A stretch of DNA of 64,000 nt from a virus. Positions 35,972 to 46,395 of this stretch are shown here, piece by piece. Numbering within the stretch: position 1 is the stretch's first letter; every line of letters begins with the position of its first letter. The notes beneath the pieces are model-generated. The model was not told the DNA's origin. It ran no database searches and saw only the letters and a list, made by a program, of their open reading frames with translations. The position numbers and the translations under genes are program-made. Location: positions 16,663-80,662 of the IMG/VR virus record IMGVR_UViG_3300032214_001462; one strand, 5' to 3'.

Positions 35972-36117
35972 GCAACTAAGCCTCTGTTATACAGGTCATA
36001 TAAGGGTACATCATTTTCTTGATTTGCGAGAGGTTGACCAAAGTCTTCCTCATCAAGACAACGACACTTAAGCTCATCTTGAACAAAGCTATCTAAGAAA
36101 CCAGCTGCTGAGTGCAT
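35776..36117 (-). CDS. hypothetical acidic protein
   Basis: ORF overlapping the 5' region of the DUF3310 gene. Confidence 0.6.
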   Translation of the reverse strand: MHSAAGFLDSFVQDELKCRCLDEEDFGQPLANQENDVPLYDLYNRGLVACEQGLERNPLNLEGSRLGATGYIPSMEQGLSMGASPRPKNLVIELEEPDEEEMMLSAKRRGLIR

Positions 36118-36155
36118 CACGTTTTTGATCGATTTACTACTTCTACAATAATAAG

Positions 36156-36527
36156 ATGGCAAATATCTTTACACCTACATACGATCCAAGGCAAGATTCT
36201 GGTACTTCAGGAGCAGAAGTATCTGATCTAAACCCCGAACAGGCGTACGACACTGACTTACGTCGTCTTAGTCAAGATGAAAGGGGTTCAGCGCAATCAG
36301 TTAATAATTTACAAAACCGTGTTGCTAAGTTTATGCGAGCGGCAAAGAGTGCTGGTGCCTACCAACAAAGGGCTGGCATCGATGAGCCAACAATTCGTGG
36401 AAAGACTCCACGCACTCAAGCTGTGATTGCAGGTACTGAACTACCATCAACTGGTGATTCCGGAGGGCGTACCGGTGCTGTTGGCTACGCCCGCAAACCA
36501 GGAGCTCAGTTCGGTAAAGGTTTCTAG
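36156..36527 (+). CDS. hypothetical protein
   Basis: 123-aa ORF. Confidence 0.65.
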   Translation: MANIFTPTYDPRQDSGTSGAEVSDLNPEQAYDTDLRRLSQDERGSAQSVNNLQNRVAKFMRAAKSAGAYQQRAGIDEPTIRGKTPRTQAVIAGTELPSTGDSGGRTGAVGYARKPGAQFGKGF

Positions 36528-37111
36528 ACCTGAGAGAAGACAACGTTATTTGGTTGGTCTTGATACTTACCTTTCCTATCCTGGTAAGTTGTTTTACAAG
36601 GATTACCGCGATAGAAAAGAAGTTGCGTAATTCCTTCGTTCGCATAGATGCGATTGAAGAGACCAGTGCAATTACTAATCTCAAGTGTTAGATAGCCTTC
36701 CCACCCACTTTCTGCTGGTGTAATATTGACCAAAATTCCAGAACGTGCATAAGTAGATTTCCCCACCGCAACAACAGTGACATCTCTGGGGAGCTTCAGA
36801 CGTTCTTGCGCAACACCAAGGCAATAACCATACGGAGGAAGAAGGAAATATTCACCGCGCTCATCTTCTAGTAAGTCTGCGGGCTTCAGGATATCAGGAT
36901 CAAAGTCCTTTGGATCGCAATCCCCTGCTTGCACTTTACCAAAAATCAAGCACTGACTTGGTGACAAACGAATGTCATAACCATAAGAACTAAGTCCATA
37001 GCTGAGCAACTTGCGTTTTCCTTCTTTACTGACCAAGTGGTCAACAAAAGGAGAAATCATCTCCTCCTTTTCGGCAAGCTCTTTGATTTCCCAGTCGGCC
37101 AGAACGCTCAT
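36524..37111 (-). CDS. dcd: dCTP deaminase
   Basis: SYGLSSYGYD, GKSTYARSG, TPAESGWEGYLTLEI, GKYQDQ. Confidence 0.95.
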   Translation of the reverse strand: MSVLADWEIKELAEKEEMISPFVDHLVSKEGKRKLLSYGLSSYGYDIRLSPSQCLIFGKVQAGDCDPKDFDPDILKPADLLEDERGEYFLLPPYGYCLGVAQERLKLPRDVTVVAVGKSTYARSGILVNITPAESGWEGYLTLEISNCTGLFNRIYANEGITQLLFYRGNPCKTTYQDRKGKYQDQPNNVVFSQV

Positions 37112-37144
37112 GGACCCTTTTAATCGTTCTTCAGTATACAGAAT

Positions 37145-37732
37145 TCAACAAAGAACACGCCCTTTTTCTGAGTAAATAGCAATAAAGTTTTCAATAGCTT
37201 TCTCGGTATTGTGCTTGGGAGGCAGATAGACCAAAAAAGAAGTACAGGTTTTATGTGTCTTTACTTCGTTTTCTACCCTGCGCAATAAAAAGGGTGCGGT
37301 TTTTAAAATGCACATGGGGAAATCAAATATCTTTTGTTCGTAACGAATCATGTCAGGGCAGTTGCTGAAATAAAGACCTTGCTCTACTTCTCCTGCTAGC
37401 CATTCACGATACAAACGACGAAACCAAACTGCATGCGATGAGGTCAACGTAATAGCAGATGAACGTGTCATCTTCCATCGTTCAGTTTTTTTGTCCCAGA
37501 AATAACATCCACTGGGAGGAAAAAGATAAACTTTCCCAAACCAAGGTTGGCAGTTCAAGCCGTCATCAGAAGGTGTATAGAAATTTTCGGCGCCGACGTA
37601 CTCGTTTGCAAGCTTTGAACTGGCAACATCAAGATCAATGCCACCAAGCAATTCGTTTGCAGCAGTTGCAAGGTCAGTACTGGTGATCATTTCAGTGTCT
37701 TCTCGCCTGGCACCAACGGCAAAGACTGTCAT
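37145..37732 (-). CDS. phage Dam-like N6-adenine methyltransferase homolog with an atypical catalytic motif
   Basis: IDLDVAS...FYTPSDDGL...WFGKVYLFPPS (NPPY expected). Confidence 0.65.
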   Translation of the reverse strand: MTVFAVGARREDTEMITSTDLATAANELLGGIDLDVASSKLANEYVGAENFYTPSDDGLNCQPWFGKVYLFPPSGCYFWDKKTERWKMTRSSAITLTSSHAVWFRRLYREWLAGEVEQGLYFSNCPDMIRYEQKIFDFPMCILKTAPFLLRRVENEVKTHKTCTSFLVYLPPKHNTEKAIENFIAIYSEKGRVLC

Positions 37733-38118
37733 TTGTTTTCGGCTACCTTGTTGTAATCGACTTCAAAATAACGCATACCCGCTTCGTCGTTAATAAGGTA
37801 TCCCGCTTTTTCTTGCGGATCTATTTTTTGAGCGGCAGACAAGATGCGACGAAAGCTTTCAGCCATATCACCGTCTCTATTGCGTTCGCACTCTTCCTGT
37901 GCTGAGTGCATCTCCTTCAATGTCATAAAAAACATTGAACGTTCTTTGTTCTCCGGCTGAAACACAAGTACACCAGGGCCCTCTGCTTGCCAAAACTTGG
38001 AATATTGCTGCCCCATGTCGCCAAGAATTAGGCGCACGGTGGCATCAAGCATCTTCGCTTTCGTCTTGTCCATCTCTGGACCGATCACCGAAGCAATTAG
38101 TTTTTCCCGCCTGTCCAT
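37729..38118 (-). CDS. hypothetical protein
   Basis: 129-aa ORF in an operon. Confidence 0.7.
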   Translation of the reverse strand: MDRREKLIASVIGPEMDKTKAKMLDATVRLILGDMGQQYSKFWQAEGPGVLVFQPENKERSMFFMTLKEMHSAQEECERNRDGDMAESFRRILSAAQKIDPQEKAGYLINDEAGMRYFEVDYNKVAENK

Positions 38119-38572
38119 TTTCTAGTAATCCTTGACGTTTAAGTGATTCTAAAAGCTTTGGCATAGGTTTGTATAGTACAACAAGCTTGCCAAGGACTCC
38201 TCGTTTTTTTACTAACTTACCTTTATCGTCCCTTACCTTATCGAATTCACCTGATCGAATCAGATATTCGGCCACACACCTAAGCCTTCTTTTAAGGGGA
38301 AGCTCTGCCTGAGGAAATTTACCACAAATTGTGTCCTGACTCATGTCTTTGAAGGCCAATCGCAATCTATTGGCCAAAGTCATGCCAGAATTTGCGTCTT
38401 CTTCCTCGTAATTTTTTACGTTCTCTAGATAGCGACGCAGGCAAGCATCATCAAAAGAGCCTTCGGGAGGCAAAAAGAATAGGACCTGCTTACTTAAAGA
38501 TTCAGGCAAAAATTCTTTGTAGTTTTCGATCGTGATGATTTCTATATTCACCCCCTTAAAACGATGTGACAT
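38045..38572 (-). CDS. hypothetical protein
   Basis: 175-aa ORF. Confidence 0.7.
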   Translation of the reverse strand: MSHRFKGVNIEIITIENYKEFLPESLSKQVLFFLPPEGSFDDACLRRYLENVKNYEEEDANSGMTLANRLRLAFKDMSQDTICGKFPQAELPLKRRLRCVAEYLIRSGEFDKVRDDKGKLVKKRGVLGKLVVLYKPMPKLLESLKRQGLLENGQAGKTNCFGDRSRDGQDESEDA

Positions 38573-38997
38573 TATCCAATCCTTCCAAAGGTGCGGTTTT
38601 TATACATCTTGTCGACAACACCTTCTTTGCCCCTGGTATCGGTCTGATCGATCTCCTTGTTTTTTGCAAAAGATTGCACTAATTGATTCCAGGGAATCCT
38701 CAAAACTGCTTTCTTTTTGTGATCTGGGGAAATGTTGACGTAATGGATACCCTCTACCCAGCCCTTTTCTGGATTTTTACGCCCAATTGCAATCCAATTA
38801 CGCACGGTTTGATCCGAGACACCTAAACGTCTACCACATTCTTCTGTCGAAATGTACTCGTCGCAGTAAGCCTCAGGATTTAATACGTCAGTCTCACCGC
38901 TTGAATAGCGACTATGCCACATAGAGGCAAGGATGTTCTTGATACCCTTCAATTCGTGGGCAACATCTTCAAATCCTTTTCTTATCCCGTAATTCAT
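38572..38997 (-). CDS. HTH DNA-binding protein
   Basis: YISTEECGRRLGVSDQTVRNWI. Confidence 0.75.
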   Translation of the reverse strand: MNYGIRKGFEDVAHELKGIKNILASMWHSRYSSGETDVLNPEAYCDEYISTEECGRRLGVSDQTVRNWIAIGRKNPEKGWVEGIHYVNISPDHKKKAVLRIPWNQLVQSFAKNKEIDQTDTRGKEGVVDKMYKNRTFGRIG

Positions 38998-39045
38998 AGC
39001 AGAACAGTTTTTTAAATGCTAGTGTGTGAGAAAGTTTTTTGCGTT

Positions 39046-39357
39046 ATGGAAGAGCAAATCCCACCCAGCCAAGCAATACCTAGCTTTGAAGGTAAGATCA
39101 CGCCGGAGCAGCTGGCAGAAATGAAGGCAAGAGCACGTGAGCTTGCAATTCAACAAACCTTGGCGCAACAGGCGGCACTACAGGCAAGCCAGCCACAGCA
39201 ACCACAACAACCACAGTTTGTTTACGTAAGGCGCAACTTAACAGTTGCTGAAATTCTGTTGGTATTCCTCATTTCTTTGGGAATTGTAACAGGAATTCAA
39301 TGGTCTTGGAACATGCTTTCAAATGTATTGCCAAGGATTGAAGTAAAGGTTCGTTAA
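39046..39357 (+). CDS. membrane protein
   Basis: C-terminal TM helix. Confidence 0.65.
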   Translation: MEEQIPPSQAIPSFEGKITPEQLAEMKARARELAIQQTLAQQAALQASQPQQPQQPQFVYVRRNLTVAEILLVFLISLGIVTGIQWSWNMLSNVLPRIEVKVR

Positions 39358-39402
39358 ATAAGACGAACTATAATTAGGAGAAAGAGTTGCGCAGTAAAGT
39401 AG

Positions 39403-40707
39403 GTGTCAAACAGGAGAATTTCTGAATTTCCGTCAATTAACGGAATTCAAATTGTTGATCAGGATCTTCTGACCTTGGTTGACGTTTTCGAAGCGGACCC
39501 TACGCTGCGCAATAAAAAAATTACGTTTACTGAATTTAGAAATTACCTAGATCAATACTATACAAATACATCAGGAACAACTTTCAATGGTAATGTCGTC
39601 ATCAATGGCGACCTTACGGTAACAGGTACTACCTCTATTGGTGATATCACCTTTACGGATCTTGTAACCTTTAGTGGCGTTATTGTACAAAACAGTTTAT
39701 ACGCCTCTGGTACCGTAGGTGCATCTAGCGTTACAGGCGACAGTGCAATCTTTACAAACTTTGTTGCTGGTACCGGGCGCTTTTTAAACGAGGTATCAGG
39801 ACAAGTCATAACAGGCAATACGATCAGGGCAACAAACATAACAGGAGTATCTGGGGTATTTACCACTTCTGTTACAAGCTCACTCGTTAATGCCACAACA
39901 GTTCAGGCGAACGTTGTTAACAGCGTCTCCGGCATTTTCACATCACAAATCTCTGGCGCCACCGTTACAGGAGATACGGTCAGAGCAACTAGCATAACTG
40001 GCGTATCAGGCGTCTTTACTCAAAACCTATTCGGTGCCACAGTAACCGGAAATACGGTTGCTGCTACAACCGGTACATTTAGGAACGTAACCACCAGTGG
40101 TCAAGTAGTACAAGATACATTAACAGTATCAGGGTTTCTTAATGTACCAGGCTCGGGTCAGTTTAATACACTCACAGGCACTAGCGCAGGCTTTGCAACT
40201 GTTACTGGTCAAGTAGTAACAGGAATAACTGCAAACTTTGTTTCAGGTATTTTTACAAATTCTTTATCTGGCACAACTGTAACTGGAAACGTAATCAATG
40301 CAGCGACATTAAACGCAGTTAGCGGTGTATTTACCACGCGTGTTTCAGGAACAACTGTCACTGGTAATCAACTGTACTTCACTTCTGGAACGTTCCAGAA
40401 TCTTAATGCCACCAACATGACGTTCGGTGGGGACCAAACAATTAGCGGTTCTTTTACAGTTCTTGGAGCCGGCTCTTATGGATCTGGGCTTTTAATTACG
40501 GGTGGCATCAGTGGAGATTCAGCTAGTTTTACAACGGTATCCGGACAGACAGTAACCGGAGAGACTGGTTTATTTACAAATATAACTGGAAGTACAGTCA
40601 CAATTACAACTCCATCTGGAGCAACGCCAGCACTTATCTGCTCAGGTGTGGTATCAGGAAGCACAAGTGGTTTTGTAATTAAAGGCCCACTAATTGTTCT
40701 TCCTTGA
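39403..40707 (+). CDS. tail fibre-like repeat protein
   Basis: RRISEFP start; repeated SG.FT...SG.TVTG units. Confidence 0.75.
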   Translation: MSNRRISEFPSINGIQIVDQDLLTLVDVFEADPTLRNKKITFTEFRNYLDQYYTNTSGTTFNGNVVINGDLTVTGTTSIGDITFTDLVTFSGVIVQNSLYASGTVGASSVTGDSAIFTNFVAGTGRFLNEVSGQVITGNTIRATNITGVSGVFTTSVTSSLVNATTVQANVVNSVSGIFTSQISGATVTGDTVRATSITGVSGVFTQNLFGATVTGNTVAATTGTFRNVTTSGQVVQDTLTVSGFLNVPGSGQFNTLTGTSAGFATVTGQVVTGITANFVSGIFTNSLSGTTVTGNVINAATLNAVSGVFTTRVSGTTVTGNQLYFTSGTFQNLNATNMTFGGDQTISGSFTVLGAGSYGSGLLITGGISGDSASFTTVSGQTVTGETGLFTNITGSTVTITTPSGATPALICSGVVSGSTSGFVIKGPLIVLP

Positions 40708-40747
40708 GTTAATGGAATCCATTTAAAATAATAAAAAGGGTAACAAA

Positions 40748-42763
40748 ATGAATTACGGTACCATCAAAGTTGATCAAATTACATTTACTAATGCTGGCGT
40801 CGACGATACGTTGACTGTTTCTGGCATCATGCAGTCGATGTCAGGCAGCATGACTGTAACTGGCACCGTTCAAGGCGAGACAATTATTGGTACGAGTACT
40901 GTTTCAGGTGCAACTGTAACTGGAAATATAGGTCAGTTTACTGTAATTACGGGAGGCTCTGCTGGCTTTACCACAATTACAGGTACTACCGTAACGGGAA
41001 CGACTGCTAATTTTGTTAGTGGTGTTTTTTCAGCTGAGGTATCTGGATTAACAGTAAGGGGAACAACTGTTTCTGGTGCAACAGTCACAGGCGATGTAGG
41101 AAGTTTTGCCACCCTTACTGGTGGCGTCGTAACGTTAACTTCTGGCGTTTTTGGTGCAGGCACTGCAGCCCTGCCAAGTATCTCATTTAGTGGTGATCCC
41201 AACACTGGAATCTATAGCCCTGGTGCAGACCAAGTAGCCATCAGCACTGCTGGGTCTGGCAGGTTTTTTGTCAGCGACACAAAAGTTCAAGTCAGTAATC
41301 CGGGTAATACTGCTGAGTTTGATGTAGGTGCTGGTGCAACTGGAAATAACTTTGCGGTTGTCAACCTAATTGGAGATACAACCTATCCAACCTTTGGTTT
41401 ACGAATAATACGTATTAACGCAGGAGCAAATGCAGATAGTCAAATCAACCATAGGGGAACTGGCCCGCTTGCGCTAAATGCAATAGACGCTGGAAATATC
41501 CAATTCAAGACAACCAACACCGAACGCCTGCGCATCACCTCGGCAGGGCTTGTAGGCATAGGGACCAGTTCGCCTGATAACCTACTATCCGTTCGGTCTA
41601 CATCTGAAGTCATTAATTACACAGCCGCAGACTTTAGAAGCAACGCTGCGGGAACCGGACTATCCAACACTTATATAAAACTAGAAAAGGGGAGCGGCTT
41701 TGGCGGAGCAATCGGCGGTTTTATTGAGCAAGGTGTTGGCTCCGGCCTAAAACTTTCGACATTAAACTCTGGAACGATTTCAGATGTAGTTGTTATACGA
41801 GATACAGGCCGTGTAGGGATTGGCACTACGAGCCCTGGCAATACACTAGACATCTCGCCCGGCTCAGCAGGAGATGTACTGCGCATCCGTGGTGGTACTG
41901 GCGGTACATCTATTGTTCAATTTACTGATAATACGGCATCGGCTCAATGGGGTACTATTGCTACTACCTCTAGCTCTGCTGATTTAACGCATAGTTCTGT
42001 CGTTCGATTTTTAACGGCATCCTCCGAACGCGCCCGCATCGACAGCTCCGGCAGGCTCTTAGTTGGTACGTCTACTAGCACCAACGTTATCGGTGTTGAG
42101 TCTGGACTACAGGTTCAAGGAACAGGAGCAGGCTCTTTTATCACCTCAGCAAGGTGGGCAAACAGCGCAGATAACCCAGGCTTCTTATTCGCAAAATCCC
42201 GTGGAGCTTCGGTCGGCACAAGAGGCGTTGTATCAAATGGAGACGCTCTTGGCATTCTTTATTTCACTGGTGACGATGGTACAAACTTTGTCCAAGCAGC
42301 AACTATTCAAGCCAGTGTAGACGGCACCCCTGGCGCTAATGACATGCCAGGCCGACTAGTGTTCTCCACTACTGCGGATGGGGCGAGTTCTCCGACGGAG
42401 CGGATGCGCATTGCACAAAATGGTGTTATCACGATTCAAAATGGTGCTGTTGCTGTTATCGGTACACTTACAGATGCAGCTACAATCACACCAGACCTAG
42501 CAGCAGATTGTAATTTTACAGTCACACTCGGTGGTAGTCGTACCATTGCTAACCCCACTAATATCACAGCTGGTCAAAGTGGTTCTATCTTCATTGTGCA
42601 AGATGCCACTGGATCACGTACACTGAGCTGGGGTAGCTATTGGGATTTCCCTGGTGGTACAGCTCCTACACTATCAACAGCTGCTAATGCTATTGATCGT
42701 GTGGATTATATTGTTCGCAGTGCTACATCAATTCACACTGTCTTTACTGCTAATTATTCCTGA
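40748..42763 (+). CDS. tail fibre protein
   Basis: SGATVTG repeats, PSISFSGDPNTGIYSPGAD, repeated ER.RI.S.G.VGIGT modules. Confidence 0.8.
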   Translation: MNYGTIKVDQITFTNAGVDDTLTVSGIMQSMSGSMTVTGTVQGETIIGTSTVSGATVTGNIGQFTVITGGSAGFTTITGTTVTGTTANFVSGVFSAEVSGLTVRGTTVSGATVTGDVGSFATLTGGVVTLTSGVFGAGTAALPSISFSGDPNTGIYSPGADQVAISTAGSGRFFVSDTKVQVSNPGNTAEFDVGAGATGNNFAVVNLIGDTTYPTFGLRIIRINAGANADSQINHRGTGPLALNAIDAGNIQFKTTNTERLRITSAGLVGIGTSSPDNLLSVRSTSEVINYTAADFRSNAAGTGLSNTYIKLEKGSGFGGAIGGFIEQGVGSGLKLSTLNSGTISDVVVIRDTGRVGIGTTSPGNTLDISPGSAGDVLRIRGGTGGTSIVQFTDNTASAQWGTIATTSSSADLTHSSVVRFLTASSERARIDSSGRLLVGTSTSTNVIGVESGLQVQGTGAGSFITSARWANSADNPGFLFAKSRGASVGTRGVVSNGDALGILYFTGDDGTNFVQAATIQASVDGTPGANDMPGRLVFSTTADGASSPTERMRIAQNGVITIQNGAVAVIGTLTDAATITPDLAADCNFTVTLGGSRTIANPTNITAGQSGSIFIVQDATGSRTLSWGSYWDFPGGTAPTLSTAANAIDRVDYIVRSATSIHTVFTANYS

Positions 42764-42778
42764 TTAGAGAGAAATATC

Positions 42779-45202
42779 ATGGCCCTTTTTCACGACAGTG
42801 CAATCGTTGGTGCAAGCGGACAAGCTGGTGGTGCACAATATAAAATTGAGCGCAGCCTGAGGTTTAACTCAGCGGACTCGGCGTACCTCAACCGCACACC
42901 AGCATCAGCGGGCAACAGGAAGACGTGGACTTGGAGTGGGTGGGTCAAAAGAAGTGCGGTTGGCTCCGGCGACCAAATGCTTTTTTCGACTGGCACTACT
43001 GGGGCTACCACATCGGCCGTCATCTTTTTTAGAAACGATGCTTTTGTATTCTCTACTCTTTCCGCCGACATCTTAGCCACATCTGCTCTGTTTCGTGACC
43101 CTTCCGCTTGGTATCACTTCGTTGTCTTATTTGATTCTACGCAAGCTGCTGCCTCGGCTCGGCTTCGCTTTTTTGTGAACGGATCAGAAATTAGCCAGTT
43201 CTCCATCGATGCTCGGTTGACGCAAATCTCTCAAAATACGGATTACGGGTTTAATCTTAATCAAGTGCACGAGATAGGTCGTTTTACATTTGATAGCTCT
43301 CGCTATTTGAACGGTTACCTCGCGGACGTTCACTTCATCGACGGCCAAGCCCTAACTCCCACGAGCTTCGGCGAGTTTGATACCAATAACATCTGGCAGC
43401 CCAAGGCATACACCGGCACCTACGGCACTAACGGGTTCCAACTTAAGTTTGCTGATAACAGCAACAACACTGCCACCACACTCGGTAAAGACACCAGCGG
43501 CAACGGCAATAACTGGACACCAAATAACCTCAGCGTGACGGCTGGTGCTGGTAACGATTCGCTGGTAGATAGCCCGACGAACTACGGCACCGACACAGCC
43601 GCTGGCGGTGAGGTGAGGGGGAATTATTGCACTCTGAATCCGCTTGCAAAAGGTTCTGCACTGACGCTATCAAATGGCAATCTAGACTTAAGTGATAGCG
43701 GCAGCGCGTCTCCAGTAGTAGGCAGTACGTTTGCTGTAAACTCCGGCAAATGGTATTATGAAGTCACGCTTGGAAACCAATTTTCATATATTGGTTTATC
43801 TGCGCCTACAGTTTTATCTACCTCTGTAAGTTTTCTTGGTGCTATATCTGGTCAGATAGTATTTAACACTGGCACAACCTCATTTAGTTGGATAGATGGG
43901 GTTGTGTATAACTACTCAACTGCATCATCATGTACTACAGGTGATGTAATAGGTGTGGCGTTAAACTTTGATACCGGCGTACTTACATTTTACAAGAACG
44001 GTGTAAGTCAAGGACAATTTGGAACAAATGTATTAACTGGTCGGACATTAACTCCAGCATTTAAATCGAATACGTCTACATCCGCGTCATTTAATTTCGG
44101 CCAACGCACCTTCGCCTACCCGCTAAGCGGATTCAAAGCACTCTGCACACAAAACCTGCCCACACCCACCATCACCAATGGTGCCACCGTCTTTGACGCC
44201 AAGCTCTACACCGGAAACGGCAGCACGCAAACCATTAGTGGGCTAGGGTTCTCGCCGGATTTTGTATGGCTAAAAGCACGAAATAACAGTTTTGTTCACG
44301 GCTTATTTGACACGGTGAGAGGGGCTTCAAGGTTCCTTGTTTCAAACAGTACAGTCGCAGAGCTTGTTAACGAGGTAGATGGATTCCTGTCTGCTTTTAA
44401 CTCTGACGGATTCACTCTTTCTGCGGGCACCAACTCTTCAAATACGTTCAACTCAAATGCAGGCACACAAGTTGCCTGGTGCTGGGACGCGGGCAGCTCT
44501 ACCGTCACCAACACACAAGGCAGCATCACTAGTCAGGTGAGGGCAAATGCTAGTGCGGGGTTTTCGATTGCTACTTTTACAGGACCAACATCAGGCACAA
44601 GCACTGTTGGGCATGGATTAAATATTGCTCCAGGGCTGATCATTACCAAAGTAAGAAACTTAACCGGAGGTGGTTGGGTTGTCTACCACTCAAGCATCGG
44701 AGCAACCGGCTCGTTGGCATTAAATTCAACAGCTGCAACTGACACAAACATTGGTTATTACAACAACACTGCGCCCACGTCTTCTGTTTTCAGTCTTGGA
44801 AGTTTCTACGCAATTTCTCCTACTCCTTATGACTTTCTTGCCTACTGCTTCGCCCCAGTAGCCGGGTACTCTAGTTTCGGCAGCTACACCGGCAACGGCA
44901 GCACAGATGGGCCGTTTGTTTATACCGGATTTAGGCCGAAGTTTGTGCTCGTGAAAGGCAGCTCTACTGTTTCTGAATGGTGGATAAACGACTCAGTGAG
45001 GAGTGCCTACAACCAAACCGCAAACAATCTGGTGCCCAATAGCTCTGCGGCAGAATACACGGCAAATGATTTTAATTCCATTGATATCCTGTCAAACGGA
45101 TTCAAGATGCGAAATACCAACAACAGTTCAAATGCCAATGGCAATACCTACATCTACGCCGCCTTCGCCGAATCACCCTTCCAGTTTTCTAGGGCGCGCT
45201 AG
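42779..45202 (+). CDS. receptor-binding/tail protein with LamG (concanavalin A-like) and SPRY-like domains
   Basis: TWTWSGWVKR, WYHFV, SGKWYYEV, GDVIGVAL, YTGNG repeats. Confidence 0.8.
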   Translation: MALFHDSAIVGASGQAGGAQYKIERSLRFNSADSAYLNRTPASAGNRKTWTWSGWVKRSAVGSGDQMLFSTGTTGATTSAVIFFRNDAFVFSTLSADILATSALFRDPSAWYHFVVLFDSTQAAASARLRFFVNGSEISQFSIDARLTQISQNTDYGFNLNQVHEIGRFTFDSSRYLNGYLADVHFIDGQALTPTSFGEFDTNNIWQPKAYTGTYGTNGFQLKFADNSNNTATTLGKDTSGNGNNWTPNNLSVTAGAGNDSLVDSPTNYGTDTAAGGEVRGNYCTLNPLAKGSALTLSNGNLDLSDSGSASPVVGSTFAVNSGKWYYEVTLGNQFSYIGLSAPTVLSTSVSFLGAISGQIVFNTGTTSFSWIDGVVYNYSTASSCTTGDVIGVALNFDTGVLTFYKNGVSQGQFGTNVLTGRTLTPAFKSNTSTSASFNFGQRTFAYPLSGFKALCTQNLPTPTITNGATVFDAKLYTGNGSTQTISGLGFSPDFVWLKARNNSFVHGLFDTVRGASRFLVSNSTVAELVNEVDGFLSAFNSDGFTLSAGTNSSNTFNSNAGTQVAWCWDAGSSTVTNTQGSITSQVRANASAGFSIATFTGPTSGTSTVGHGLNIAPGLIITKVRNLTGGGWVVYHSSIGATGSLALNSTAATDTNIGYYNNTAPTSSVFSLGSFYAISPTPYDFLAYCFAPVAGYSSFGSYTGNGSTDGPFVYTGFRPKFVLVKGSSTVSEWWINDSVRSAYNQTANNLVPNSSAAEYTANDFNSIDILSNGFKMRNTNNSSNANGNTYIYAAFAESPFQFSRAR

Positions 45203-45266
45203 TAGTGACCACCTCTTCTCTTGCTTAAAAGGGATAAGTTAAAATAAAGAAAATAGTCCTATAAAT

Positions 45267-45764
45267 ATGTTCATCCTGGATGGAAAGCCACTCTCTCCTG
45301 ATGTGGCTTTTACACATGACGATATACAATATCCCGCTAATTGGTTACGTTTAAGTACACCAGAAGAGCGGGAAGCCATTGGCATCACAGAAGTTCCTGA
45401 TCCCGCTCCCTACGATCAGCGTTTCTACTGGGGCTATGACAGTGATGGGAACCTCATCCCTAAGGACCACACCCAGCTGGTGGAGCAGTGGACGCAACAA
45501 ACACGCCAAACTGCTAATACACTTCTGTTCCCAAGTGATTGGATGATCATTCGAGAAGCTGATAACGGCATCGCTGTTGATCCAAACTGGCGCACCTGGC
45601 GGGAAAACGTACGTTTAGCAGCAGGCAGCAAGAATTTTGAAATTGAAGCAACAACTGCAACAGATGAGTTGGCTGCTTACATTACGGGCGTTGATTATCC
45701 CACCTGGCCGCCAAGTCCAGATGCACCTGTTGTAGAAGAACCTACCGTCACGACAGAGAACTAA
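45267..45764 (+). CDS. tail fibre assembly-like protein
   Basis: LLFPSDWMIIR...WRTWRENVR...TWP. Confidence 0.65.
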   Translation: MFILDGKPLSPDVAFTHDDIQYPANWLRLSTPEEREAIGITEVPDPAPYDQRFYWGYDSDGNLIPKDHTQLVEQWTQQTRQTANTLLFPSDWMIIREADNGIAVDPNWRTWRENVRLAAGSKNFEIEATTATDELAAYITGVDYPTWPPSPDAPVVEEPTVTTEN

Positions 45765-45809
45765 AAACACTTATTGAATATTGTCGTAAAATAATAAAAA
45801 ACATTAGCC

Positions 45810-46133
45810 ATGGCTAACACACTTTGGGATATTGCTCAGCTTGAGCGTCATCTTCCTGATGGTGATACCTGTCCAGATGGTGCTGTCTACACTGCACACT
45901 GGACGGCATCCCTGGAAGAAAACGGTGAATCAGCCAGTTGTTATGGCTCCGTTGGTTTTAGTGCTCCTGATCCGGATACCTTTGTACCTTTCAGCCAGCT
46001 CACCAAAGAAGAAGTCATCAACTGGGTATTTGAAGCCTTGGGACCAGATCAAATTGTTACCATTGAAGAAGGTCTTTACAACCAAATCCAACAAAAGATC
46101 AACCCAACTTCAGAAACTGGTGTACCTTGGTAA
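45810..46133 (+). CDS. tail-associated hypothetical protein
   Basis: FVPFSQLTKEEVINWV...GVPW. Confidence 0.65.
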   Translation: MANTLWDIAQLERHLPDGDTCPDGAVYTAHWTASLEENGESASCYGSVGFSAPDPDTFVPFSQLTKEEVINWVFEALGPDQIVTIEEGLYNQIQQKINPTSETGVPW

Positions 46134-46167
46134 TTTTTGTTATACTTTTTGAAGTTATTTGTTCGTT

Positions 46168-46353
46168 ATGGCTTGCAAAAAGTCTGAGTTAGTGAGCGCC
46201 ATCAATTCATTTGGCTCTGCACGTGCTACCGGTGACGGTAACCTCATTGCTTTCTCTGCTAATCTCATCGGTCAATTGATTGATACGATTGAGTTTGCCC
46301 CAGAAGAGGAAGCAGTAGAAGACGCAGAAGTCAAAGAAGCCGTACCTGCTTGA
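46168..46353 (+). CDS. hypothetical protein
   Basis: 61-aa ORF. Confidence 0.6.
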   Translation: MACKKSELVSAINSFGSARATGDGNLIAFSANLIGQLIDTIEFAPEEEAVEDAEVKEAVPA

Positions 46354-46395
46354 TTATTTAGTTGACCTAGAGTAATACAAAGGCTCTAGGTCGAT

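Noticed and set aside
39403-45202. Diversity-generating retroelement or invertible tail-fibre cassette
   Set aside because: No reverse transcriptase, invertase or template/variable repeat pair seen in the window
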